In this document: in pieces, positions 1-10,075 of the stretch
Numbering within the stretch: position 1 is the stretch's first letter
How the letters are laid out: every line of letters begins with the position of its first letter
Source: Escherichia coli
GTDB lineage: Bacteria > Pseudomonadota > Gammaproteobacteria > Enterobacterales > Enterobacteriaceae
Length of the DNA stretch: 64,000 nt
Assembly: GCF_041886205.1 (NCBI RefSeq)
Contig: NZ_CP169029.1
Direction: 5' to 3' (one strand)
Program-made: the position numbers and the translations under genes
The notes under the pieces: generated by a model
Database searches by the model: none
What the model saw: only the letters and a program-made list of their open reading frames with translations
Told to the model about the DNA's origin: nothing

Positions 1-880
1 GTCCTCCGTTCAGATAAATGATAGAAATAGGCAACAGGTTGGCAGGTAACAACAAAACGATTGACGCTAACAGCGCCGCCCAGCATTTTTGCAAACTATG
101 ACGGCGACGCAGGCGTAGCGGGATATGGCAACGCGGGCAGCGACCACGCTGATCAGGATAGCCGGTAAAATGGCACCCAAGACAGACACGGAGTTTCTCG
201 TCCCTACGCGTAGCGGGGCGCTGCGGATAAAATCGCTCCCACAGCTCCTCGACATTAAGATGTGACAACGTCACCGTCGTTAAAATCACCAACGCCACAA
301 AAGAGAACAAGCCCACACCCGCCTGGATATGGGCATAATCCTGTACCTTTATAGAAGCAACGCCAATGCCGACCAGGTAGATATCCAGCATTACCCACTC
401 TTTAAGTCGCTCAAGCATCAGCAGTACCGGGCGTAGATTCATTCCCAGTCGGTTACCAAACCATAAATAAGCTATGGAGGTCACCAGAATGAGGGGGGCA
501 CCGATAACGCAGAAAAAGACCATCGACCCCGTTATCGCATCGCCCTGTTTGGTCATTTGCCAGATGCCTTGCATAACGTTGGCGTCAATACGAATGCCTA
601 ACAGCCAGATATGCAACAGCGGTTCGCCCCAGGCAAACGGCATCAGCAACAGCATGGTGAAAGCCATTGCCGCCAGGCGCGTTAGCGACCAGTCGCGCCC
701 GTCGCGAATTTTTGCCTGACAGCGCGGACAATAGGCACTCTGATGAGAATTTATCTCGGGCAGGCTAAACAGCATGTCACATTGCGGGCAACGTTGGTAA
801 TCACCACGCGGCAGTTCCTCGCCGATTGACATCACTGTTATCTTTTTTGTCGGCGTAATCTGTGGTGTGTTAAGAGCCAT
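1..880 (-). CDS. letA: LetA/YebS PqiA-family inner-membrane protein, N-terminal part only; gene runs off the window start
   Basis: Minus-strand frame open from the window edge up to an ATG near 880 (own translation [16 protein letters not shown]...[14 protein letters not shown]...); absent from ORF track because no stop lies inside the window; divergent from msrC as in K-12. Confidence 0.55.
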   Translation of the reverse strand, partial: MALNTPQITPTKKITVMSIGEELPRGDYQRCPQCDMLFSLPEINSHQSAYCPRCQAKIRDGRDWSLTRLAAMAFTMLLLMPFAWGEPLLHIWLLGIRIDANVMQGIWQMTKQGDAITGSMVFFCVIGAPLILVTSIAYLWFGNRLGMNLRPVLLMLERLKEWVMLDIYLVGIGVASIKVQDYAHIQAGVGLFSFVALVILTTVTLSHLNVEELWERFYPQRPATRRDEKLRVCLGCHFTGYPDQRGRCPRCHIPLRLRRRHSLQKCWAALLASIVLLLPANLLPISIIYLNGG

Positions 881-1009
881 GACGTGCCAAATGTAATAAG
901 AATTAACATTAATATTAACCCATGATTGGAATGATCTTGAGCATTAACGCATTTAATGCTTATTTTAATAGGCTGGCAGTTCCAGGTAAGACAACCAAGT
1001 GATTATATA

Positions 1010-1507
1010 ATGAACAAAACAGAATTTTACGCGGATTTAAATCGCGACTTTAACGCGCTGATGGCGGGAGAAACCAGTTTTCTGGCAACGCTTGCGAACA
1101 CCAGTGCGTTGTTATACGAGCGTCTCACTGACGTAAACTGGGCAGGTTTTTATTTGCTTGAGGACGATACACTGGTACTCGGACCATTTCAGGGCAAAAT
1201 TGCCTGTGTCCGGATACCCGTCGGGCGCGGGGTGTGCGGCACTGCGGTTGCCCGCAATCAAGTGCAGCGTATCGAGGATGTTCACGCGTTTGACGGGCAT
1301 ATTGCCTGTGATGCGGCGAGTAATTCTGAAATTGTTCTGCCGCTGGTGGTGAAAAATCAGATTATTGGTGTTCTTGACATCGATAGTACCGTCTTCGGTC
1401 GCTTTACAGACGAGGACGAGCAAGGCTTACGTCAGCTTGTGGCACAGCTTGAAAAAGTGCTTGCAACGACGGATTACAAAAAATTCTTTGCGAGCGTCGC
1501 AGGATAA
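1010..1507 (+). CDS. msrC: free methionine-(R)-sulfoxide reductase, GAF-domain protein
   Basis: ORF track 956..1507; product recognised as MsrC/YebR; start moved to internal ATG (MNKTEFYADL) giving 165 aa. Confidence 0.85.
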   Translation: MNKTEFYADLNRDFNALMAGETSFLATLANTSALLYERLTDVNWAGFYLLEDDTLVLGPFQGKIACVRIPVGRGVCGTAVARNQVQRIEDVHAFDGHIACDAASNSEIVLPLVVKNQIIGVLDIDSTVFGRFTDEDEQGLRQLVAQLEKVLATTDYKKFFASVAG

Positions 1508-1603
1508 TCAACGGATAACGTAGCATTTACTGGTAGCGTCATTATAATGACGCCTGTTCATGCCTGCGCTTGTTGGCTACGTCCGTTGTAATCAGGAAAT
1601 TTC

Positions 1604-2302
1604 ATGGAAAATCAACCTAAGTTGAATAGCAGTAAAGAAGTAATCGCGTTTCTGGCCGAACGTTTTCCCCACTGTTTCAGTGCGGAAGGTGAAGCGCGTC
1701 CGCTGAAAATCGGTATTTTTCAGGATTTGGTCGATCGTGTTGCCGGGGAAATGAACCTGAGCAAAACGCAATTACGATCCGCTTTACGTCTCTACACTTC
1801 GAGCTGGCGTTATCTTTACGGTGTTAAACCCGGCGCAACGCGTGTCGATCTTGACGGCAACCCATGCGGTGAGCTGGACGAGCAACATGTAGAGCATGCT
1901 CGCAAGCAGCTTGAAGAAGCGAAAGCGCGTGTTCAGGCACAGCGTGCTGAACAGCAAGCGAAAAAACGCGAAGCTGCCGCAGCTGCTGGTGAGAAAGAAG
2001 ACGCACCGCGCCGCGAACGCAAGCCACGTCCGACCACGCCACGCCGCAAAGAAGGCGCTGAACGTAAACCTCGTGCGCAAAAGCCGGTAGAGAAAGCGCC
2101 AAAAACAGTAAAAGCACCTCGCGAAGAACAGCACACCCCGGTTTCTGACATTTCAGCTCTGACTGTCGGACAAGCCCTGAAGGTGAAAGCGGGTCAAAAC
2201 GCGATGGATGCCACCGTATTAGAAATCACCAAAGACGGCGTCCGCGTCCAGCTGAATTCGGGTATGTCTTTGATTGTGCGCGCAGAACACCTGGTGTTCT
2301 GA
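1604..2302 (+). CDS. proQ: RNA chaperone ProQ
   Basis: ORF track 232 aa, [25 protein letters not shown]..., Lys/Arg-rich linker, immediately upstream of prc. Confidence 0.9.
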
Positions 2303-2321
2303 AACGGAGGCCGGGCCAGGC

Positions 2322-4370
2322 ATGAACATGTTTTTTAGGCTTACCGCGTTAGCTGGCCTGCTTGCAATAGCAGGCCAGACCTTCGCTGTAGAAGATATCA
2401 CGCGTGCTGATCAAATTCCGGTATTAAAGGAAGAGACGCAGCATGCGACGGTAAGTGAGCGCGTAACGTCGCGCTTCACCCGTTCTCATTATCGCCAGTT
2501 CGACCTCGATCAGGCATTTTCGGCCAAAATCTTTGACCGCTACCTGAATCTGCTCGATTACAGCCACAATGTGCTGCTGGCAAGCGATGTTGAACAGTTC
2601 GCGAAAAAGAAAACCGAGTTAGGCGATGAATTGCGTTCAGGCAAACTCGACGTTTTCTACGATCTCTACAATCTGGCGCAAAAGCGCCGTTTTGAACGTT
2701 ACCAGTACGCTTTGTCGGTACTGGAAAAGCCGATGGATTTCACCGGCAACGACACTTATAACCTTGACCGCAGCAAAGCGCCCTGGCCGAAAAACGAGGC
2801 TGAGTTGAACGCGCTGTGGGACAGTAAAGTCAAATTCGACGAGTTAAGCCTGAAGCTGGCAGGAAAAACGGATAAAGAAATTCGTGAAACCCTGACACGC
2901 CGCTACAAATTTGCCATTCGTCGTCTGGCGCAAACCAACAGCGAAGATGTTTTCTCGCTGGCAATGACGGCGTTTGCGCGTGAAATCGACCCGCATACCA
3001 ACTATCTTTCCCCGCGTAATACCGAACAGTTCAACACTGAAATGAGTTTGTCGCTGGAAGGTATTGGCGCAGTGCTGCAAATGGATGATGACTACACCGT
3101 TATCAATTCGATGGTGGCAGGTGGTCCGGCAGCGAAGAGTAAAGCTATCAGCGTTGGTGACAAAATTGTCGGTGTTGGTCAAACAGGCAAGCCGATGGTT
3201 GACGTGATTGGCTGGCGTCTTGATGATGTGGTTGCCTTAATTAAAGGGCCGAAGGGCAGTAAAGTTCGTCTGGAAATTTTACCTGCTGGTAAAGGGACCA
3301 AGACCCGCACTGTAACATTGACCCGTGAACGTATTCGTCTCGAAGACCGCGCGGTTAAAATGTCGGTGAAGACCGTCGGTAAAGAGAAAGTCGGCGTGCT
3401 GGATATTCCGGGCTTCTATGTGGGTTTGACAGACGATGTCAAAGTTCAACTGCAGAAACTGGAAAAACAGAATGTCAGCAGTGTGATCATCGACCTGCGT
3501 AGCAATGGCGGTGGGGCGTTGACCGAAGCGGTATCGCTCTCCGGTCTGTTTATTCCTGCGGGTCCCATTGTTCAGGTCCGCGATAACAACGGCAAGGTTC
3601 GTGAAGACAGCGATACCGACGGGCAGGTGTTCTTTAAAGGCCCGCTGGTGGTACTGGTTGACCGTTTCAGTGCTTCGGCTTCAGAAATCTTTGCCGCGGC
3701 AATGCAGGATTACGGTCGTGCGCTGGTTGTTGGTGAACCGACGTTTGGTAAAGGCACCGTTCAGCAATACCGTTCATTGAACCGTATTTACGATCAGATG
3801 TTACGTCCTGAATGGCCAGCGCTGGGTTCTGTGCAGTACACGATCCAGAAATTCTATCGCGTTAACGGCGGCAGTACGCAACGTAAAGGCGTAACGCCAG
3901 ACATCATCATGCCGACGGGTAATGAAGAAACGGAAACGGGTGAGAAATTCGAAGATAACGCGCTGCCGTGGGATAGCATTGATGCCGCGACTTATGTGAA
4001 ATCAGGCGATTTAACGGCCTTTGGGCCGGAGCTGCTGAAGGAACATAATGCGCGTATCGCGAAAGATCCTGAGTTCCAGAACATCATGAAGGATATCGCG
4101 CGCTTCAACGCTATGAAGGACAAGCGCAATATCGTTTCTCTGAACTACGCTGTGCGTGAGAAAGAGAATAATGAAGATGATGCGACGCGTCTGGCGCGTT
4201 TGAACGAACGCTTTAAACGCGAAGGTAAACCGGAGTTGAAGAAGCTGGATGATCTACCGAAAGATTACCAGGAGCCGGATCCTTATCTGGATGAGACGGT
4301 GAATATCGCACTCGATCTGGCGAAGCTTGAAAAAGCCAGACCCGCGGAACAACCCGCTCCCGTCAAGTAA
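2322..4370 (+). CDS. prc: tail-specific periplasmic protease Prc (Tsp)
   Basis: ORF track 2274..4370; signal peptide MNMFFRLTALAGLLAIAGQTFA begins at internal ATG about 2322; PDZ and S41 peptidase regions recognised. Confidence 0.9.
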   Translation: MNMFFRLTALAGLLAIAGQTFAVEDITRADQIPVLKEETQHATVSERVTSRFTRSHYRQFDLDQAFSAKIFDRYLNLLDYSHNVLLASDVEQFAKKKTELGDELRSGKLDVFYDLYNLAQKRRFERYQYALSVLEKPMDFTGNDTYNLDRSKAPWPKNEAELNALWDSKVKFDELSLKLAGKTDKEIRETLTRRYKFAIRRLAQTNSEDVFSLAMTAFAREIDPHTNYLSPRNTEQFNTEMSLSLEGIGAVLQMDDDYTVINSMVAGGPAAKSKAISVGDKIVGVGQTGKPMVDVIGWRLDDVVALIKGPKGSKVRLEILPAGKGTKTRTVTLTRERIRLEDRAVKMSVKTVGKEKVGVLDIPGFYVGLTDDVKVQLQKLEKQNVSSVIIDLRSNGGGALTEAVSLSGLFIPAGPIVQVRDNNGKVREDSDTDGQVFFKGPLVVLVDRFSASASEIFAAAMQDYGRALVVGEPTFGKGTVQQYRSLNRIYDQMLRPEWPALGSVQYTIQKFYRVNGGSTQRKGVTPDIIMPTGNEETETGEKFEDNALPWDSIDAATYVKSGDLTAFGPELLKEHNARIAKDPEFQNIMKDIARFNAMKDKRNIVSLNYAVREKENNEDDATRLARLNERFKREGKPELKKLDDLPKDYQEPDPYLDETVNIALDLAKLEKARPAEQPAPVK

Positions 4371-4372
4371 TA

Positions 4373-4406
4373 TCAATCAGGCACAAGAAATTGTGCCTGA
4401 TTTTTT
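4373..4406 (+). terminator. intrinsic terminator after prc
   Basis: GC hairpin (caggcacaa/ttgtgcctg) followed by T-run directly after prc stop. Confidence 0.5.
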
Positions 4407-4475
4407 AACAGCGGCAAGATGCCGTAAATCAGATGCTACAAAATGTAAAGTTGTGTCTTTCTGGTGACTTACGCA

Positions 4476-4515
4476 CTATCCAGACTTGAAAATAGTCGCG
4501 TAACCCATACGATGT
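4476..4515 (+). promoter_or_regulatory. candidate sigma32-type heat-shock promoter of htpX
   Basis: cTTGAAA then about 12-13 nt then CCCATAc, roughly 50-80 nt upstream of htpX ATG; htpX is a known heat-shock gene. Confidence 0.4.
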
Positions 4516-4561
4516 GGGTATCGCATATTGCGTTTTGTTAAACTGAGGTAAAAAGAAAATT

Positions 4562-5443
4562 ATGATGCGAATCGCGCTCTTCCTGCTAACGAACCTGGCC
4601 GTAATGGTCGTTTTCGGGCTGGTACTGAGCCTGACAGGGATACAGTCGAGCAGCGTTCAGGGGCTGATGATCATGGCCTTGCTGTTCGGTTTTGGTGGTT
4701 CCTTCGTTTCGCTTCTGATGTCCAAATGGATGGCATTACGATCTGTTGGCGGGGAAGTGATCGAGCAACCGCGTAACGAAAGGGAACGTTGGCTGGTCAA
4801 TACTGTAGCAACCCAGGCTCGTCAGGCAGGGATCGCTATGCCGCAAGTGGCTATCTACCATGCGCCGGACATCAACGCTTTTGCAACCGGTGCGCGCCGT
4901 GATGCCTCTCTGGTTGCTGTCAGCACCGGTTTGCTGCAGAACATGAGCCCGGATGAAGCCGAGGCGGTAATTGCTCACGAAATCAGCCACATCGCCAATG
5001 GTGATATGGTTACCATGACGCTGATTCAGGGCGTGGTGAACACCTTCGTTATCTTTATTTCCCGTATTCTGGCGCAGCTTGCCGCGGGTTTTATGGGCGG
5101 AAATCGTGATGAAGGTGAAGAGAGCAACGGCAACCCGCTGATCTACTTTGCGGTTGCAACGGTTCTGGAACTGGTGTTTGGTATTCTGGCGAGCATTATC
5201 ACCATGTGGTTCTCGCGTCATCGTGAATTCCATGCTGATGCCGGTTCGGCAAAACTGGTTGGTCGCGAGAAAATGATTGCCGCGCTGCAGCGCCTGAAAA
5301 CCAGCTATGAACCGCAAGAAGCAACCAGCATGATGGCTTTCTGCATTAACGGTAAGTCGAAATCGCTCAGTGAGTTGTTCATGACTCACCCGCCGCTGGA
5401 TAAACGAATTGAAGCTCTGCGTACGGGTGAATACCTGAAGTAA
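4562..5443 (+). CDS. htpX: membrane-bound zinc metalloprotease HtpX
   Basis: ORF track 293 aa; HEISH zinc-binding motif; N-terminal TM segments. Confidence 0.9.
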
Positions 5444-5458
5444 TATGAAGTAAATACT

Positions 5459-5490
5459 AAAAAGCGCGTCCTGATCGACGCGCTTTTTTT
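5459..5490. terminator. bidirectional terminator between convergent htpX and yebQ
   Basis: aaaaagcgcgtc-ctgatc-gacgcgcttttttt: hairpin flanked by A-run and T-run. Confidence 0.55.
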
Positions 5491-6862
5491 ATGCCCTGGA
5501 TCGTGGCTGAGTGATACGTAAACCACTGACACAGGCAGCAATCACTGCCAGAATAGCCGCAGCCATCAGCGAAACGTGCGTACCATTATCACCGAACTGA
5601 TTTAGCATCAGCGCCACCAGTGCCGCGCCGCTACTCTGACCCAGTAGACGAGCCGTTCCTAACATGCCACTGGCTCCACCGCTACGTTCGCGAGGAGCGG
5701 AGGTAATAATGGTGTGGTTATTGGGTGACTGGAACAAGCCAAATCCAGCGCCACATAAGATCATCGGCCAGATAATATTGATATCCGCAGGTGACGCGGG
5801 CAGCAGAACCAGGGAAAAAAGCCCCGCAGCCATGATGAACAACCCTAGAGCACCCAGCAATCCTGCATGTACGCGTTCAATCAAATAGCCTGCCAACGGA
5901 GCCATCACCATCGTTGCTAACGGCCACGGTGTCAGAAGTAAACCTGTTTCGACTTCACTACGCCCGAGCAAGGTTTGCAGGTAAAAGGGCAGGGAAACCA
6001 TTGCCAGCATTTGTGCGCAGAAAGAGCAAACAGATGTGCAAATAGAAAGTGAAAACAGCGGGATACGCAGTAAATCCACCGGTAGCAGCGGTACGGGAAG
6101 AGAAAGCTGGCGGCGAATAAAGAAAATACCAACAACAACCATTACCACCAGTTCCGCAGCAATTAACGTCAGCGATTGCCCCTGAGCGAAACCACTCAAC
6201 GCAGTGATAAGCAGGCCGAAGGTTAACGCGTTCATCACGGCGCTGGGCAGGTCGAAACGGGGTTTACTGGCGCGAGAACCATTGGGTGGCAGAAAACGCA
6301 TCGCCAGAAGCAGGGCGATAATACCTAACGGTACGTTGATTAAAAATAACCATTTCCAGGATGCGATGGAGAGGATTGCTGCAGCAATTGTCGGCCCGGC
6401 AGCAGAAGAGACGGCAACAATAAACGAGTTTATGCCCATCCCTCTCCCCAGAAAACGTTGTGGATAGATCAGGCGGATAAGTGCGGTATTAACGCTCATC
6501 AACGCTGCACCGCCGAAACCTTGTATGACACGCGCAAGGGTGAGCATTTGCAGCGAATCAGAAAGGGCGCAGAACAGTGAAGACAACAGAAAAACGACCA
6601 GACCGCATTTATAAATACGTCGATAGCCAAACATATCGCCCAGAAACGAAAACGAGAGCAGGGAGATGACAATGGCGATTTGATAGGCGTTCACTACCCA
6701 GATGGAACTGGCTGGCGTGGCATGAAGGTCCGTGGCGATTGTTGGCAGGGCGACGTTGGCGATTGCGCCGTCAAGGACAGCCATCGAAATACCAATCACA
6801 ATGGTTAATATCGCACCGTATCGCTGGGGCAATGGCAGGCCGTCGGCCTGAACTTTTGGCAT
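5489..6862 (-). CDS. yebQ: MFS-family efflux transporter YebQ
   Basis: ORF track 5489..6973; start moved to internal ATG (MPKVQADGLPLPQRYGAIL) giving 457 aa; polytopic hydrophobic profile. Confidence 0.85.
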   Translation of the reverse strand: MPKVQADGLPLPQRYGAILTIVIGISMAVLDGAIANVALPTIATDLHATPASSIWVVNAYQIAIVISLLSFSFLGDMFGYRRIYKCGLVVFLLSSLFCALSDSLQMLTLARVIQGFGGAALMSVNTALIRLIYPQRFLGRGMGINSFIVAVSSAAGPTIAAAILSIASWKWLFLINVPLGIIALLLAMRFLPPNGSRASKPRFDLPSAVMNALTFGLLITALSGFAQGQSLTLIAAELVVMVVVGIFFIRRQLSLPVPLLPVDLLRIPLFSLSICTSVCSFCAQMLAMVSLPFYLQTLLGRSEVETGLLLTPWPLATMVMAPLAGYLIERVHAGLLGALGLFIMAAGLFSLVLLPASPADINIIWPMILCGAGFGLFQSPNNHTIITSAPRERSGGASGMLGTARLLGQSSGAALVALMLNQFGDNGTHVSLMAAAILAVIAACVSGLRITQPRSRA

Positions 6863-7038
6863 AGGAATTTTATATCTTTGGTGAATAATCAACAGGGGTA
6901 TGATTCTAGCACTGATATTCACGGTGGATGTCGCAGAATTGTAACTAACCGGCAAAAGATGGATTGCGACCACCCTGGTGCGAAATTATAATAAAAAACA
7001 GTTCTGATTTTTATAAAACACTCGCAATGAGGTGATAA

Positions 7039-7830
7039 ATGGCTAACGCAGATCTGGATAAACAGCCTGATTCTGTATCTTCCGTGCTAAAAGTTTTTGG
7101 CATTTTGCAGGCGCTGGGTGAAGAGCGCGAAATAGGGATAACCGAGCTGTCGCAGCGCGTCATGATGTCAAAAAGCACCGTTTATCGCTTTTTACAGACC
7201 ATGAAAACCTTAGGTTATGTGGCGCAGGAAGGGGAGTCGGAGAAATATTCCCTGACCCTGAAATTGTTTGAACTGGGCGCTCGCGCGTTACAAAACGTCG
7301 ATTTAATTCGTAGCGCAGATATCCAGATGCGTGAGATCTCCCGCCTGACCAAAGAAACTATCCACCTCGGCGCACTGGACGAAGACAGTATTGTTTACAT
7401 TCACAAAATTGACTCTATGTACAATTTGCGCATGTATTCACGGATTGGGCGTCGTAATCCGCTGTACAGCACCGCGATTGGTAAGGTACTGCTGGCATGG
7501 CGCGATCGCGATGAAGTGAAGCAAATTCTTGAGGGCGTGGAGTATAAACGCAGTACCGAGCGGACCATCACCAGTACAGAAGCGTTATTACCCGTTCTGG
7601 ACCAGGTGCGCGAGCAGGGGTATGGCGAAGATAACGAAGAGCAGGAAGAAGGGCTGCGATGCATTGCGGTACCGGTATTTGATCGCTTTGGCGTGGTCAT
7701 TGCCGGTTTGAGCATCTCCTTCCCGACGTTGCGTTTCTCTGAAGAGCGTTTACAGGAATATGTCGCAATGTTGCATACCGCAGCGCGCAAAATTTCTGCC
7801 CAAATGGGTTATCACGACTATCCGTTCTGA
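7039..7830 (+). CDS. kdgR: IclR-family transcriptional repressor KdgR
   Basis: ORF track 263 aa; N-terminal HTH and IclR effector domain recognised. Confidence 0.9.
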   Translation: MANADLDKQPDSVSSVLKVFGILQALGEEREIGITELSQRVMMSKSTVYRFLQTMKTLGYVAQEGESEKYSLTLKLFELGARALQNVDLIRSADIQMREISRLTKETIHLGALDEDSIVYIHKIDSMYNLRMYSRIGRRNPLYSTAIGKVLLAWRDRDEVKQILEGVEYKRSTERTITSTEALLPVLDQVREQGYGEDNEEQEEGLRCIAVPVFDRFGVVIAGLSISFPTLRFSEERLQEYVAMLHTAARKISAQMGYHDYPF

Positions 7831-7837
7831 TGAGAGT

Positions 7838-7876
7838 AAGAACCTGTCGGAATATCAAACAGACAGGTTCTTTATT
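7838..7876. terminator. terminator between kdgR and yobH
   Basis: gaacctgtc...gacaggttc hairpin followed by tttattt. Confidence 0.5.
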
Positions 7877-7972
7877 TAGCATGAGAAAAATAAAGTTGAA
7901 GGTGCGTTATATTAAACGCGCTTGCTATAAGAATATTTTACTCATGAGTGAGAATCTGGTTATTTATTACCC

Positions 7973-8212
7973 TTAACCATTATCGACCACGATATTGCTT
8001 TTACGTAACAGTGGGCAATCTGTTATCCCCAAGAAACCACTTTTAGTGTGCAAGTATTGTACCGTGCTGGTGCCTCTGGCAGTCAGATAGGTACATTGCA
8101 AACCTAATCCTGCGGCATTCTCTTTGCTTCCAATCAAAACGCCATATCCGCTGAGTAATAATCCTATCCATACCAGTGCTATCAGCATAACTGTGCGAAT
8201 GATGAATCGCAT
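7973..8212 (-). CDS. yobH: small secreted/membrane protein YobH
   Basis: ORF track 79 aa with hydrophobic N-terminus; position between kdgR and mgrB as in K-12. Confidence 0.7.
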   Translation of the reverse strand: MRFIIRTVMLIALVWIGLLLSGYGVLIGSKENAAGLGLQCTYLTARGTSTVQYLHTKSGFLGITDCPLLRKSNIVVDNG

Positions 8213-8370
8213 TACAACCTCTTCTCTTTTTATGTTCGCTTAATCGTAGCGGCAATATGCGCTGAAGCAAGCTACTCATTCCGAAAAAGCACGAATATCG
8301 ACATAGTTAGGCGCTGTTTAACTAACGCATGCTAGTTTAATGACATAAGGTAGGTGAAGCGGAGATTGGA

Positions 8371-8514
8371 GTGAAAAAGTTTCGATGGGTCGTTCTGGTT
8401 GTCGTGGTGTTGGCTTGCTTGCTGCTTTGGGCGCAGGTATTCAACATGATGTGCGATCAGGATGTACAATTTTTCAGCGGAATTTGTGCCATTAACCAGT
8501 TTATCCCGTGGTGA
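8371..8514 (+). CDS. mgrB: PhoQ-inhibiting small membrane protein MgrB (47 aa)
   Basis: Hand-translated GTG-start [50 protein letters not shown]; below ORF-track size cutoff; coordinates approximate. Confidence 0.75.
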
Positions 8515-8588
8515 TATCATTTTTTCAGCACTAGATTTTCTTCCTCTCCAGCAGTGGTAGAATAGCGCCTCTACTCAGAGGTGGTGAA

Positions 8589-8876
8589 ATGAACGAAGTT
8601 GTAAATTCAGGCGTGATGAACATTGCGTCTTTGGTTGTATCGGTGGTGGTTCTTCTTATCGGGCTCATCTTGTGGTTTTTTATCAATCGTGCCAGTTCTC
8701 GGACTAACGAACAGATTGAACTGCTTGAGGCGTTGCTGGATCAGCAAAAACGTCAAAATGCACTGTTACGTCGTTTGTGCGAAGCAAACGAACCTGAGAA
8801 AGCAGATAAAAAGACCGTTGAGAGTCAAAAATCGGTTGAAGACGAAGATATTATTCGTCTGGTCGCCGAACGATAA
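8589..8876 (+). CDS. yebO: small membrane protein YebO
   Basis: ORF track 95 aa with single N-terminal TM helix; conserved position. Confidence 0.75.
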   Translation: MNEVVNSGVMNIASLVVSVVVLLIGLILWFFINRASSRTNEQIELLEALLDQQKRQNALLRRLCEANEPEKADKKTVESQKSVEDEDIIRLVAER

Positions 8877-8888
8877 TCCTTCCTCAAT

Positions 8889-8925
8889 CTTGAGTAACCC
8901 CGTCGTTGAAGGGTTACTCAATTCA
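8889..8925 (+). terminator. intrinsic terminator after yebO
   Basis: gagtaaccc-cgtcgttgaa-gggttactc hairpin just after yebO stop. Confidence 0.5.
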
Positions 8926-9544
8926 TCCTGATTATACGCACTGCCATGGTGCAACTGCTTCAAATTAAAACTCTGGTCTGACTTCAAATAATTATCATAT
9001 TATTTATTTGCGTAACGGGATATCAGAAAAAGATATTTTCCTCATTAATTTATTAGGATGTTTACATCGGATTTGTGATTAAGCGTGGTATTATTTATTA
9101 GCGAAACGTTTCTCTCTTGATTTTTTGCTCATTCATCAATTTTTCTTATTTTAAATTTTCAATCCCTTTGGGGATTGACTTCTCTTTAGGGTAATTGATA
9201 GCCGTTAACTGACTGTTTTATGAGAAAAAGTGATATAACTTTTTATTCATTGCATAGCAAAAAATGTGATATTGCACGCACTATGTAATAACTTCTCCCA
9301 CTGGCCTGGAACAACTGAACTTATTGAACTATGTTAGAAACTACGCCAGTTTAAGTATCTGCCTGAACTGGCAAGGTTAAGCACAATGATATATCGGCGC
9401 GTATTCCGTTGCATAAGTGTGCAAAAAAAGTGGAAGACGTATCGAGATTTGTGCGTCTGATCGAGACATGTTTAAAAATGGCTTGCCATAATTAACGTTG
9501 TATGTGATAACAGATTTCGGGTTAAACGAGGTACAGTTCTGTTT

Positions 9545-9688
9545 ATGTGTGGCATTTTCAGTAAAGAAGTCCTGAGTAAACACGTTGACGTTGAATACCG
9601 CTTCTCTGCCGAGCCTTATATTGGTGCCTCATGCAGTAATGTGTCAGTTTTATCTATGTTATGCCTGCGGGCGAAGAAAACAATCTAA
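9545..9688 (+). CDS. yobF: small protein YobF (47 aa), co-transcribed with cspC
   Basis: Hand-translated [47 protein letters not shown]; immediately upstream of cspC; coordinates approximate. Confidence 0.7.
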
Positions 9689-9700
9689 GGAATTTTTCAA

Positions 9701-9910
9701 ATGGCAAAGATTAAAGGTCAGGTTAAGTGGTTCAATGAGTCTAAAGGTTTTGGCTTCATTACTCCGGCTGATGGCAGCAAAGACGTGTTCGTACACTTCT
9801 CCGCTATCCAGGGTAATGGCTTCAAAACTCTGGCTGAAGGTCAGAACGTTGAGTTCGAAATTCAGGACGGCCAGAAAGGTCCGGCAGCTGTTAACGTAAC
9901 AGCTATCTGA
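9701..9910 (+). CDS. cspC: cold-shock-like protein CspC
   Basis: ORF track 69 aa; CSD with RNP motifs KGFGFI and VFVHF. Confidence 0.95.
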
Positions 9911-9955
9911 TCGAATCCACTGATCTGAAGTGTGAATACGCTTCAATCTCGCTAT

Positions 9956-9982
9956 AAAGCCTCGTCGAATGCGAGGCTTTTT
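9956..9982 (+). terminator. intrinsic terminator after cspC
   Basis: aagcctcg-tcgaatg-cgaggcttttt hairpin plus T-run. Confidence 0.55.
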
Positions 9983-10075
9983 ACTATGCTTTATCTTCGC
10001 TCCTGGCGTTCGGATATTTGCCCGCCGCGTGATTCGCGTTACACTTGCGGCCTTTAGTATCCTGCCGGAGTTGTC

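Noticed and set aside
2274-2321. Apparent 29 nt overlap of prc with proQ
   Set aside because: The track start is an upstream in-frame codon; the signal peptide MNMFFRL begins at about 2322, leaving a short spacer after the proQ stop.
4736-5389. 217 aa minus-strand ORF inside htpX
   Set aside because: Antisense shadow ORF within a well-supported gene.
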